27,595 nucleotides of DNA from a virus (Duplodnaviria; Caudoviricetes): the IMG/VR virus record IMGVR_UViG_3300025103_000123, positions 1 to 27,595 of that record; one strand, written 5' to 3'. The notes beneath the pieces are model-generated. The model did not search any database, was not told where the DNA came from, and saw nothing but the letters and a program-made list of their open reading frames with translations. A program made the translations under genes and the position numbers. Shown here in pieces: positions 1-8,785 of the stretch (its first letter is position 1; each line of letters starts with the position of its first letter).

Positions 1-397
1 TAATAAATAGCCTAAACAGCTAGCCCCCTAGGGCTTGATTTAGCCCCCCAAAATTGGGGGGCTTTTTCTTTGCCCAATTTTTAGCCCCTATTGACCTAGT
101 AGAAACTTAAATCGGCTCTCAGTGGCGAATTCTGGCGCTTAAATCTCTCGGGAGTGTCTTTATACCTTTCGGGTAACTTGCATGCACTCAGCAAGCACAC
201 AGCCCCTATTACGTCGATTTTCTGATCTGCTCACTACTACAGTAGCAAGACCCAAAAAGCCCCCAAAGCCCCCAAACCGAAAAGCTAAATCGTGTCAGTT
301 AGCCTACCCACTTGACAGCCTCGAAAAGACTCATTTTGAAAAATTTTTTGATCTGAATTTCTCAAACAAGCAGAGCTTAATCCACTGGAGTTCGTAG

Positions 398-521
398 ACA
401 AAAAACAGAATGTTTTTTGTACAGGAAGATTTATGTATAAGAATATATATATACGTTTAGTATATATATATTTTATACATAAATCACGCGTGGTGGTGCG
501 CACACACATATGTATGTGCAC
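398..521. repeat. Cluster of palindromes in the non-coding left region
   Basis: 398-420 is a perfect 10-bp stem ACAAAAAACA-GAA-TGTTTTTTGT. 428-485 is a 26-bp AT-rich stem with one bulged G. 496-521 is an imperfect GTGCGCACACA/TGTATGTGCAC stem. Confidence 0.85.
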
Positions 522-615
522 ATGAACCGAGCCGATTTTTGCCCCAATTTTTCACCGATTTTTGCCGAAATCCCTCTTCAGAAGAACTCTTAACATCTTC
601 ATCAGTCAAAACAAT

Positions 616-671
616 ATCTATCTTAGGACTTTCATCGCTTCGCTTTGAAGATGAAAGGTCCCAAGACAGAT
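616..671. repeat. Early intergenic hairpin element, copy 1 (diverged)
   Basis: Stem ATCTATCTTAGGACTTTCATC...GATGAAAGGTCCCAAGACAGAT with apical GC-TTC-GC at 637-643. Confidence 0.7.
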
Positions 672-702
672 AAATGGGCCGAAACGGAAACGGAGCAGCG
701 AA

Positions 703-1011
703 ATGAATGACAAAAACTTGAACGAAATAACGGATCAAATTGCTAACGGCTTGTATGAGCTTAGTTATTTCAGTAATACAAGAAGTCATATGGATAACTG
801 GTTTGAGTTACTAAATGTAGTAATTGAAAAACTACAAGATATGCATGGTGAATTTGATGGATTTGATATCGAAGCCGAAGTTAATTTTGTAGGAAAAGCC
901 ACAAATGGACCTAGTTATGAATTTATTGGAGATATGTCGATTGATGAATACGGAGTGATTACTTGTATAGATTGTTTAGAACCTATAGACGAGTGTACAC
1001 ACGCATCTTAA
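703..1011 (+). CDS. Hypothetical acidic early phage protein
   Basis: 102-aa ORF with GGAG upstream; its last codons and stop lie inside the repeat TACACACGCATCTTAA. Confidence 0.7.
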   Translation: MNDKNLNEITDQIANGLYELSYFSNTRSHMDNWFELLNVVIEKLQDMHGEFDGFDIEAEVNFVGKATNGPSYEFIGDMSIDEYGVITCIDCLEPIDECTHAS

Positions 1012-1085
1012 TCAAAATAAATCATAAGAACTCTCTAAATCTTTTTTCCATCCCTACGGTCTGTAAATGAAAAAAAGATAGAGAG
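996..1085. repeat. Early intergenic hairpin element, copy 2
   Basis: TACACACGCATCTTAATCAAAATAA followed by a pyrimidine/purine stem (1031-1085) with core CATCCCTACGGTCTG. Confidence 0.85.
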
Positions 1086-1107
1086 AACAGCGGAAACGGA
1101 GTGAAGC

Positions 1108-1260
1108 ATGGCAAGCAAAACAATCACAATCGATTTAACACCGAATTGGGAAAACATCATAAGAGCTATGGAAATGTCTAAAGCAACTATGACTGCTAAA
1201 CAGTGGGAAAAGAGTGCAGAAAAAAGAGTAATGGATGAATGTTTAAAGAGTAGAGGGTAA
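1108..1260 (+). CDS. Small hypothetical protein (50 aa, MASKTITIDL...), absent from the ORF track
   Basis: Translated by hand; GGAG lies upstream of ATG 1108 and the ORF fills the gap before ORF 1265. Confidence 0.65.
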   Translation: MASKTITIDLTPNWENIIRAMEMSKATMTAKQWEKSAEKRVMDECLKSRG

Positions 1261-1264
1261 GCAA

Positions 1265-1741
1265 ATGACTAAGAATTTTGAAGATAGTTACTGGAAAAAT
1301 CACCACCGAAAGCTGATACAGCTTCGAGCTGAAATGAAAAATCACCGACTTGGTGACGAATGGACTAACAGTCCATTTGAAGATGAACTAAAAACCACCG
1401 AAGAAGTTATTGCCTATAGGCAAGAACTGAAAGAAGAAAGATTGATTGGCGATTTCGGCAGCCTTTATGAAGTACCTAGACATGATTGTAATTATTGCAA
1501 AGGATATCTATTCCCAAATGGATATTTTATGAGTGTTATATCTTTCCATTGTTCTTATGTTAGTGCTTATGGAAATGAAGATCAGCCATATGAAATAGCT
1601 ATAAGAGTAGATTCTACTGGTGATTTTGTTCATTTAGATGGTTATGACTACCGTCATGACGATGTTCTTGGTTACCTCCCCTTAGAAGATGTCGCTGACA
1701 TCTTTTACCAAACGAGAGACTTAGCTACACACACATCTTAA
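1265..1741 (+). CDS. Hypothetical early phage protein
   Basis: 158-aa ORF with GAGGG upstream; it ends in the repeat TACACACACATCTTAA. Confidence 0.75.
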   Translation: MTKNFEDSYWKNHHRKLIQLRAEMKNHRLGDEWTNSPFEDELKTTEEVIAYRQELKEERLIGDFGSLYEVPRHDCNYCKGYLFPNGYFMSVISFHCSYVSAYGNEDQPYEIAIRVDSTGDFVHLDGYDYRHDDVLGYLPLEDVADIFYQTRDLATHTS

Positions 1742-1814
1742 TCAAAATAATCATTAAAGAAAACTCTCTCCTTTTTCCCATCCCTTCGGTCTGTAGATGG
1801 AAAAAAGAATAGAG
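1726..1814. repeat. Early intergenic hairpin element, copy 3
   Basis: 24 of 25 nt identical to 996-1020, then a stem with core CATCCCTTCGGTCTG. Confidence 0.85.
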
Positions 1815-1833
1815 CAAAAGCGAAAGGAAAAGC

Positions 1834-1962
1834 ATGGAGCCAGAAATTGACGGTTTAAACGAAATCTTCCACTGTGAAGAGAGTGGAAAGTGTGATTGCT
1901 GTGAAGCAATTTTCTTACCAACCGATTGGACTGATTCAGTCCTAGCTGAAGAAAGGATGTAA
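1834..1962 (+). CDS. Small Cys-rich hypothetical protein (42 aa, MEPEIDGLNE...), absent from the ORF track
   Basis: Translated by hand; GAAAGGA ribosome-binding site upstream. Confidence 0.55.
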   Translation: MEPEIDGLNEIFHCEESGKCDCCEAIFLPTDWTDSVLAEERM

Positions 1963-1997
1963 AGATGGATTAGGAATTGAAAATCTGAAAGACGTGG

Positions 1998-2079
1998 ACA
2001 CACTCTAAATCAATCAAAAAGAATATCTTATCAATCTCCCTCATCCCTACGGTCTGAGAATGAGGAAGATTGAAAGATA
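1998..2079. repeat. Early intergenic hairpin element, copy 4
   Basis: ACACACTCTAAATCAATCAAAAA followed by a stem (2024-2079) with core CATCCCTACGGTCTG. Confidence 0.8.
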
Positions 2080-2099
2080 AAGTGAAACGGAGAAACGAA

Positions 2100-2360
2100 A
2101 TGGCAATGACAAGAAAGCACTATCAAGCAATCGCTGAAGCACTTGGAGAAGTTCATGCTATTAAACTTGCTTTTAGCTATAACTCCAATCCAAAATTAGC
2201 TCTTGAAGGAGCTATTACTGGAATAGCTGACAGATTGGGTTCCATATTTGAAGCAGACAATCCCAATTTTGATTGGGATCGCTTTAAATCAGCTATCGAA
2301 AAAGAGTTTGATGAAACTATGGAAAGACTTCCGTACAACAGCAGCAACTGGCAGTTTTAA
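2100..2360 (+). CDS. Small phage protein of the MTRKHY...DNPxFDxxRF type
   Basis: The motif pattern resembles widespread small phage hypotheticals; start moved to ATG 2100 after GGAG. Confidence 0.75.
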   Translation: MAMTRKHYQAIAEALGEVHAIKLAFSYNSNPKLALEGAITGIADRLGSIFEADNPNFDWDRFKSAIEKEFDETMERLPYNSSNWQF

Positions 2361-2388
2361 AAAAAAAGCAATCTTGAAAGGATTAAAT

Positions 2389-2709
2389 ATGACCTACCAA
2401 ACATACAGAATTTACACTCAAGACTTAGAGAATTACGACACTGATTGTGTCGTAAATGAAGGGATTTGGAAGGCTAAAGGTGGAGATACATACAAAGTTA
2501 CAGTGCCAGAGGGTTTTAGGGCTAGAAATAATGCTATGGCTCTTGTTTCACAAGAACTAATTATCAACGGCGGCTTTGTTCAATACATTTCTCTGGTAGA
2601 AAGATGTGACAATGATTGGATTCCATCTAATGACTGTAATGCTGACCCTTGTAGAGATGAATATTGTGTAGAAGATGATAAAAGATTGAAAATTATTTCA
2701 ATCAAATAG
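2389..2709 (+). CDS. Hypothetical protein
   Basis: Start moved to ATG 2389 after the GAAAGGATT RBS. Confidence 0.7.
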   Translation: MTYQTYRIYTQDLENYDTDCVVNEGIWKAKGGDTYKVTVPEGFRARNNAMALVSQELIINGGFVQYISLVERCDNDWIPSNDCNADPCRDEYCVEDDKRLKIISIK

Positions 2710-2799
2710 ATTTGTTGAACCACTACGATCCATAACTTCGGTTGTGAATCGTGTTGGCTTTACAAACGTTAAAGTCAGGCAAAGAAAGGATGCGGTTAC

Positions 2800-3336
2800 G
2801 TGACTAACCCATTAAACAACTCATGGTATTCAACTGGAACCAACAAGTATTCCATACTGGATGAAGTAGCTACAGCTACAGATACGCGTGAGTCAGTAGT
2901 TCAAAAAGAAGTCGAGACAATCTTGGCTAGTAGTGAGTGTAAACACTCAGTTATGGAAGTTATGGTTGATATGAGCAGCGTTTGGATGTTCGCGTCAACT
3001 AAAGCTGACGATCTAACCTCATCTCTTAGAGAGATAGAAGGATCTATAGACTCTATAGAAGATGTAATTGGTGGTGGTGATTATGATGTTGATTGGTATG
3101 ACAGTGGTGATGAAGTAAAAATTACTGTTAGTAAATATGATGGTAGTGATGACGCAGAAGCATATATCAATGACGCAAGAACTGAAATTAATGATTTGAT
3201 TGGTGAAATTCACCAACAATTAAGCGATATTCGTCAAGAAGATATTGATCCAGAAAACATCTACCACCTATGCACAGAGTGTAGAGCTACATTCAATCAC
3301 GAAGAAGTTAAGTATGTAAAGGAGGCTCAGGCATGA
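2800..3336 (+). CDS. Acidic hypothetical protein with C-terminal CxxC
   Basis: 178-aa ORF with GTG start and GAAAGGA RBS. Confidence 0.75.
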   Translation: MTNPLNNSWYSTGTNKYSILDEVATATDTRESVVQKEVETILASSECKHSVMEVMVDMSSVWMFASTKADDLTSSLREIEGSIDSIEDVIGGGDYDVDWYDSGDEVKITVSKYDGSDDAEAYINDARTEINDLIGEIHQQLSDIRQEDIDPENIYHLCTECRATFNHEEVKYVKEAQA

Positions 3337-3419
3337 TTGCACTTATATTATTACCAATAATTGCCCTATCTCTGATAGGGCTGGTCAGTGAGTTCATCCG
3401 AAACGATTTGGAGCAGTAA
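3333..3419 (+). CDS. 28-aa single-helix membrane peptide (MIALILLPIIALSLIGLVSEF...)
   Basis: AAGGAGG RBS and ATGA overlap with the upstream stop; translated by hand. Confidence 0.55.
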   Translation: MIALILLPIIALSLIGLVSEFIRNDLEQ

Positions 3420-3420
3420 C

Positions 3421-3477
3421 TACTCTCTAACTCTTTATCCCTGAACGAAGTGAAGGGAATAAAGAGTAAAGAGAGTA
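3421..3477. repeat. Early hairpin element, inverted-orientation copy
   Basis: Stem TACTCTCT..CTCTTTAT.CCCT / AGGG.ATAAAGAG..AGAGAGTA with apical AC-GAA-GT at 3445-3451. Confidence 0.7.
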
Positions 3478-3555
3478 AGAGAAAGGAAAGCCGATAAGCT
3501 AACGACCCTAGCGTAAACAAAAAACTAAACACAATTTTTGAAAGGATTGTAAACA

Positions 3556-3963
3556 ATGGCAAACAGAGTAGATTTTAGTACAGAGACCGTAGGAAAAATG
3601 TTGAAGGCAGCAGCGAAAGCAGCTCACAAAAACATAAATGCCCACACACCTATGAACAGACCAAAGATGGTTCGTTCAGTGTGGTTCAACAGAGGCTATG
3701 CAGCAGGTGTAGCCGCAGCTACAGCTGAGGCTGAGAAAAAGTTTCGAGTTGGAGACAAGGAGCTTGTAGCTCCTGATGGTGAACCGATTGTGGTTCAGCT
3801 TACAGACTCAATGGAGTCTGTTGAGCCAGAGATTGATGTCGTTGATGTCGTTGATACAACGGCAGATGAGGGAGCCATCATAGATGAGGATGACCAGAAG
3901 AGACTGTTAGATATCCTAGCAGCTTTTGGCAAAGCCAACGGCCTTGACCCCATCAAGGCATAA
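3556..3963 (+). CDS. Hypothetical protein with basic N-terminus and acidic C-terminus
   Basis: 135-aa ORF with GAAAGGATT RBS. Confidence 0.75.
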   Translation: MANRVDFSTETVGKMLKAAAKAAHKNINAHTPMNRPKMVRSVWFNRGYAAGVAAATAEAEKKFRVGDKELVAPDGEPIVVQLTDSMESVEPEIDVVDVVDTTADEGAIIDEDDQKRLLDILAAFGKANGLDPIKA

Positions 3964-4002
3964 CAGGGACTTAAGCGTAAGTGTGTCATGCGAATGGCAT
4001 AC

Positions 4003-4031
4003 TTGCGCTTAACTTTCCGACAGTGTATAGT
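4003..4031 (+). promoter_or_regulatory. Possible sigma70-type promoter
   Basis: TTGCGC-17 nt-TATAGT about 20 nt upstream of the DUF932 start; the -35 box overlaps the 3971-4012 hairpin. Confidence 0.4.
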
Positions 4032-4051
4032 TAATCTTGAAAGGATTACAA

Positions 4052-5122
4052 ATGACAACAGCACAAACACATGTAATGACAGTCCCACAAATCACCGATA
4101 GGCTAACAGCGTTAGCTGATTTTCAGCAGAGTTGTGTCGATATGGTAGTACCATCTCATTCAATCACCGCTCAGGTGGGGCAAATTGGAGAGGCTTATGA
4201 GCCTCTTATCAATGTAAATCTAGGCATCGGAGATGCCTCGCAGTTCTTGGTTCACATACAGGACCATGCACATAATCAAATCTTCCAAACTGGTACTGAT
4301 ATCGGTCTCCACTATGGGAGAAAGCTGCTTACAGCACCAGACTTATGGGCTACCAATGTGAATCATTGGTTAAGACAGAAAGACGAAGACACTTCGTATC
4401 TCTTAAGAACCAGAAAAGATTTCTTACGATCTTTTCTGAGTTCTCGATACAAGATCGTAAACAATTACGATGTAGCGTTAACGACGCTACAAAAAGCGAC
4501 TACAGTAGGAGCTTTTCCACACCGATTTGATGTATCTGATACTCACATGAGGCTCACATACTTAATGCCAAATCGAACCGTTGACTTGAATGACGGGGAC
4601 ACACACACATTCGGATTCAGAGTAAGCAACTCTGAGGTAGGCATGGGTGCTGTAGATGTGAAGCCATTCTTGTTTCGTTGGGTTTGTACCAATGGTTTAA
4701 TCATGGGTACTAAGGAAGTTAAACAGGGTGCTATGCACAAAGTACATAGAGGCTCCGACTTACCGTTAGGTCAGTTGTCTAGTCGTACAATCCTAAAGCA
4801 AGCAGAAGTAATTCTCAGCGAAGCTGAAGATGCCATTGAAGGTTGCCTTAGTGATGAGATGTTTAACACATGGAAGCGACAGCTTGAGGCTGCTAATGAA
4901 ACAGCTTTAGCTGACGAGCCAGTCAAAATTCTAAAAAGAACTAAGTTCTTTACGGAAGCTGAGTCTACCAACATCTTGTATGAGTTAGCACAGGCGCAGC
5001 AAACAGTATTCGGTATGGTGCAGTCGATGACAGCTACAGCCCGTAACATGCATAGCGACAGGCGGCATGAGGTTGAGACTTTCGCTGGAAAGTATCTCAA
5101 CGAGTTAGTGCCAGTTCGATAA
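4052..5122 (+). CDS. DUF932/DUF945-family phage/plasmid protein
   Basis: Hallmark motif NSEVG...PFLFRWVCTNGLI and FLSSRYKIVNN; start at ATG 4052 after GAAAGGATT. Confidence 0.8.
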   Translation: MTTAQTHVMTVPQITDRLTALADFQQSCVDMVVPSHSITAQVGQIGEAYEPLINVNLGIGDASQFLVHIQDHAHNQIFQTGTDIGLHYGRKLLTAPDLWATNVNHWLRQKDEDTSYLLRTRKDFLRSFLSSRYKIVNNYDVALTTLQKATTVGAFPHRFDVSDTHMRLTYLMPNRTVDLNDGDTHTFGFRVSNSEVGMGAVDVKPFLFRWVCTNGLIMGTKEVKQGAMHKVHRGSDLPLGQLSSRTILKQAEVILSEAEDAIEGCLSDEMFNTWKRQLEAANETALADEPVKILKRTKFFTEAESTNILYELAQAQQTVFGMVQSMTATARNMHSDRRHEVETFAGKYLNELVPVR

Positions 5123-5124
5123 AC

Positions 5125-5181
5125 CAACTACTACTCTCTCACCCCTCGACCGAAGGGAGAGGGGTAGAGAGAGAGTAGTTG
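5125..5181. repeat. Early hairpin element, inverted-orientation copy
   Basis: Stem CAACTACT..CTCTCTC.ACCCCTC / GAGGGGT.AGAGAGAG.AGTAGTTG with apical CC-GAA-GG at 5150-5156. Confidence 0.75.
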
Positions 5182-5279
5182 AGAGCTGGTAAAGGGGCTG
5201 AAGCAGCGCAGTTGTATGCCAACGAGCACCGTGTTTCAGTCTCTCTACCAACACTCAACTGTTGGAGAAAGGATTGCTA

Positions 5280-5453
5280 ATGCAATTAGCAGGGAGATGG
5301 GACTGTGAAGAATGCGGTACGCCATACGATGGGAATCAAGACCCCGTGTGTACGTGCGATGACATCACTGACCCAGATCTAAAGTCGCTGTTAAGCGAGT
5401 GGTATGAGAATGCAGATGAAGAATGGTATCCAGAAGGGAGTGCGAGTGGATAA
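5280..5453 (+). CDS. Small zinc-ribbon-like protein
   Basis: WDCEECG...CTC motif; GAAAGGATT RBS before ATG 5280. Confidence 0.6.
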   Translation: MQLAGRWDCEECGTPYDGNQDPVCTCDDITDPDLKSLLSEWYENADEEWYPEGSASG

Positions 5454-5922
5454 AACAAATCCGATATTCACTGACGATGATACGCATACGTCAGATGATG
5501 AGGTAGCAGAATACATATGTATAGGAGGCGAGTCTTGGGGTGTAGGTCATACACCTAAGCAAGCTATAGATGCTGCGAAAAAAGCAGGGCTAGATAGAAA
5601 GTCTGACGTGTGGGCTGTATGGGAAAGCCTTATATCTCACGGGAGGATTAGGTTGATAGCCGAAACCAAATCTATAACAGTAGTTCCACCTATAGATATG
5701 GATTGGGATGAGTCTTTGTTTTGGGAATCTAAGTATAAACCTGCGCGATTGCGAATGATTGCGTGTAGTTCTAAGTTTTCTGTTCGGATAATACGAGTAC
5801 GTACTAACCGAATTGAACGAGAACTCCGCAGGAAAATGCAGCTACAAGGGATAGATATAGATCCAACACAAGCCATAGAAGCAGTTGAAGAACTCTTGAA
5901 GGGAGACGCGAATGGAGATTAG
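5446..5922 (+). CDS. Hypothetical protein
   Basis: Long ORF; likely GTG start at 5446 after GGGAG. Confidence 0.7.
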   Translation: MDKTNPIFTDDDTHTSDDEVAEYICIGGESWGVGHTPKQAIDAAKKAGLDRKSDVWAVWESLISHGRIRLIAETKSITVVPPIDMDWDESLFWESKYKPARLRMIACSSKFSVRIIRVRTNRIERELRRKMQLQGIDIDPTQAIEAVEELLKGDANGD

Positions 5923-6166
5923 TGTGAACTCTACAACGCAGAAACGTGTGACATACGACACGAATCATGTGTTGAAAGGTGAGAAGGAAAGCTCTGATAG
6001 GTATCTGTCAGTGCATATCAACTCACCCACTGTAGCTGAACTACTAGATATCTTACGTGTAGCAGCGGAAGAAGTAGGCGGTGACGCAGTGGTATGGAGT
6101 CAAATTTCAGACTCAAATAGGTGGTATATAACCTGCCGTGAGAGAACGGAGTTTGATGATGCCTAG
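5912..6166 (+). CDS. Hypothetical protein
   Basis: 84-aa ORF with GGGAG RBS, coupled to its neighbours. Confidence 0.7.
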   Translation: MEISVNSTTQKRVTYDTNHVLKGEKESSDRYLSVHINSPTVAELLDILRVAAEEVGGDAVVWSQISDSNRWYITCRERTEFDDA

Positions 6167-6575
6167 ACAATTACATAAATTAAATCTAGACATAGTGCTA
6201 CCTGTAGAAATGGAAGTTGACGATATCGTAGAACTGTTTGAGCAGAGCTTCGATGTATGGTTAGCTGAGACATTTAACGGAGCAGTAGTGGGTGTAGATT
6301 TACACATGCCAGTAGCAGGACATGGCTGGAGAGAACGGTATCGTACAAATGTACGCTTAATGCTCACAGCACATCTTGATTCATGGCAAAAAACTCTGGA
6401 GAACTATAACGCAGGAAGCATGACACTAGGTAACACAGCTAAGTTATGTGGAGTCTCTCGGACTGCGGTATACCACTGGATACAAAGTAATAAATTGACA
6501 GGGCATAAGAACATAGAAGGCGAGTGGATGATTGACACTCAAGAACTAGATGCACTGGCGAAGGAAGGATCGTAG
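6156..6575 (+). CDS. Protein with C-terminal excisionase/MerR-like HTH
   Basis: MTLGNTAKLCGVSRTAVYHWIQSNKL...GEWMID is a typical HTH_17 pattern; the start may be 6156 or 6159. Confidence 0.75.
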   Translation: MMPRQLHKLNLDIVLPVEMEVDDIVELFEQSFDVWLAETFNGAVVGVDLHMPVAGHGWRERYRTNVRLMLTAHLDSWQKTLENYNAGSMTLGNTAKLCGVSRTAVYHWIQSNKLTGHKNIEGEWMIDTQELDALAKEGS

Positions 6576-7004
6576 ATGGCTGAGAAAATTGAGCCGAAAG
6601 TAAACACAATAACCTTTGGGATTGAGGGTATTCCATACTCACAAATCACACTGGATGCGAGTGACCCTGATGGTGGTATAGCTACCGCCTTGTCATGGCA
6701 CATTGCATACACTGATGCGTTTGATGAAATTCAAGCAGCTCAGACAGGAGCGCAAGAGATTGTAGCCCAACAAGATGCACAAGCTGTGGAACCACAGGCC
6801 GAAGGCGGTCACATGGTACAGGAAGCGGTGGCTCTTGGTGGTGAGGAACGATGTCCCGATCACCCAGACCGTGACCCGAAGCCTAGCCAATACGGTGGTA
6901 CATTCTGTACGTTCCCATTTAATCCACCACAAAAGGTTGAGTACCCTGACGGAACCGTTAAGGTAGTTAAGTTTTGTACGTGGAAAAGTCAGGTGAAGTC
7001 ATAA
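6576..7004 (+). CDS. Hypothetical protein with C-terminal Cys/His cluster
   Basis: 142-aa ORF with CPDH...FC...FC and an AAGGA RBS. Confidence 0.7.
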   Translation: MAEKIEPKVNTITFGIEGIPYSQITLDASDPDGGIATALSWHIAYTDAFDEIQAAQTGAQEIVAQQDAQAVEPQAEGGHMVQEAVALGGEERCPDHPDRDPKPSQYGGTFCTFPFNPPQKVEYPDGTVKVVKFCTWKSQVKS

Positions 7005-7228
7005 TGAGAACGCAACGTGAGATTATTCTCAAGGTTGTGTCTCAGTCTGCTGAGCCTGTCCCATCATGGAATCTACAGAAGGTAGATACATTTTGGGGTT
7101 GGCTTGGTACGTCTGGTGACCGAGTAGCTCGGTTAATGGCAGAGAATGGTGAGCTTGAACGAGTACGGAAAGGTAAATATGTGTACTACAGTGTGCCACA
7201 ACCATCCAAACAACAGCGATTGTTGTAA
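7004..7228 (+). CDS. Small winged-helix-like protein
   Basis: TAATG coupling; RVARLMAENGELERVRKGKYVYY resembles a wHTH wing. Confidence 0.6.
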   Translation: MRTQREIILKVVSQSAEPVPSWNLQKVDTFWGWLGTSGDRVARLMAENGELERVRKGKYVYYSVPQPSKQQRLL

Positions 7229-7478
7229 GCCTGTAGAATCACCGTTACAGAAAGGGTTGCGCGAACGCAGAGAACGCATCGCTCATCTACCTGAGTTAGC
7301 TAGGTATGAGTACGTATGTGATGGTTGCGCTCGGTTTGTCTGGACTGATGGGTCTAGTCAATTCCTTTCCGAAACAGATACACCGTGTAGATGCATGGGT
7401 ACAGTACAGGAGGACATACCTGTGCCTACTGACGAACCTGTGCAAGAAAGTGAGAGTACTGAATGGTGGAGAAAATAG
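7146..7478 (+). CDS. Hypothetical zinc-binding protein (start uncertain)
   Basis: YEYVCDGC...CRC motif; fills the gap before the helicase. Confidence 0.5.
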   Translation: MVSLNEYGKVNMCTTVCHNHPNNSDCCKPVESPLQKGLRERRERIAHLPELARYEYVCDGCARFVWTDGSSQFLSETDTPCRCMGTVQEDIPVPTDEPVQESESTEWWRK

Positions 7479-8785
7479 AGTACGAGCGAAACCCTGACGG
7501 GTTATCGTACACGGAAGAACTTGAGGGAGGCGAAGCCTTACTGAAGTTCAAGGCCGAGAAGATTAGACTGGAAAAGACAGGCGCACATGCTGAGGTACAG
7601 ATACTTATAAATGATGTACTCTTAGCAGCCGACCAGTTTAACCTGAGTCGTCTAGACCCTAGACAACGCATGGCTAACAAGGCACACAAGCAACTGAATA
7701 CAGGCAAGACTGAGCTGATAAGCGCAGCCGCACTGAACCATAGGTTTGATGAGTTTTGTATCGGATTGTGGGATGCGAATAGCGCATCCACATTAGCAAG
7801 TTGGGTGAACATTGACGGTGAACTCTCTTTACCAGAGTACATAGTCAATCCATTCCTGTTAGCTAATGGTGCAGGAACCATCTTGTATGGGGAACCTGCG
7901 AAGGGCAAGTCATGGTTCACCATGATGCTTGCTCAAAGCATTCAACACAACATCGAGTATGTATTCGATGTACGTGGTAAACGTAATGTCATCTTTGTGA
8001 ATCTTGAACGAGATGAAGATGGTGTCATACGTAGGATGCGAGCGGTGAACAGGGCATTGGGACTTGATTACAATCAAGAACCACTGATGATTAACCGCAA
8101 GGGCTGGACATTAGAACGTGTAAAGAACAGCATCGAGAAAAGTATTGAGCACCACAATGCTGAGCTAGTGATACTAGATAGTATCAGTCGTGCAGGATTG
8201 GGACTCACTAACGATGAAGATGCGAATGCAATCATGGATCACTTGAACTCGTTAGGCGTGTCATGGCTAGGGATAGCACATACACCTAAGAGTAATACCG
8301 AGACTGTGTTTGGTTCTCAAATGTTCTTAGCTAGTGCTGACGTAGTATGTCAACTGACAACTGAGGAACAATACCAACACAATAAACTTGGATTGGCATT
8401 GCAAATCACAAAAGCAAATGACATCCCGAAGGTGAAGCTACCTATCTGGGCTATGGAGTTTGATGACTACGGTATACATACCATGCGTGAAGCATACGAC
8501 GGTGAGTTCTTGGAGCTGACTGAGTTTGCTACATCACGCAAAGAAAAAGTCATAGAGTTCCTACGTGAGAACGGACCATCAACAGTGAAAGATATTTCAG
8601 CGTCGATGTCTATTCATAGGAGCACTGCAAGTGGCTTGCTCTCAGGTAACCCTGAGTTTGTAGCACTTGAACGTGATGGCAAGGAACAGATATACGGACT
8701 GACCAGTTTGCATCAATCATCAGCGCCAGCGCCTATTGATTATGACAAAGGGTATGAACGTAGTGTGCAGCAAAGTAGCTTCTAA
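7463..8785 (+). CDS. RecA-fold/AAA_25 (RepA-like) replicative helicase with C-terminal wHTH
   Basis: Walker A GEPAKGKS, Walker B LVILDS, IAHTPK motif, and C-terminal ENGPSTVKDISASMSIHRSTASGLL. Confidence 0.85.
   Translation: MVEKIEYERNPDGLSYTEELEGGEALLKFKAEKIRLEKTGAHAEVQILINDVLLAADQFNLSRLDPRQRMANKAHKQLNTGKTELISAAALNHRFDEFCIGLWDANSASTLASWVNIDGELSLPEYIVNPFLLANGAGTILYGEPAKGKSWFTMMLAQSIQHNIEYVFDVRGKRNVIFVNLERDEDGVIRRMRAVNRALGLDYNQEPLMINRKGWTLERVKNSIEKSIEHHNAELVILDSISRAGLGLTNDEDANAIMDHLNSLGVSWLGIAHTPKSNTETVFGSQMFLASADVVCQLTTEEQYQHNKLGLALQITKANDIPKVKLPIWAMEFDDYGIHTMREAYDGEFLELTEFATSRKEKVIEFLRENGPSTVKDISASMSIHRSTASGLLSGNPEFVALERDGKEQIYGLTSLHQSSAPAPIDYDKGYERSVQQSSF

Noticed and set aside
182-789. 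ORFs 182-397, 285-521 and 484-789
   Set aside because: They run through palindromes and low-complexity DNA, or lie antisense to a better gene, and lack convincing RBSs.
6156-6575. Excisionase implying an integrated prophage
   Set aside because: The HTH_17-like domain is generic, and no integrase, att site or host gene is visible in the window.
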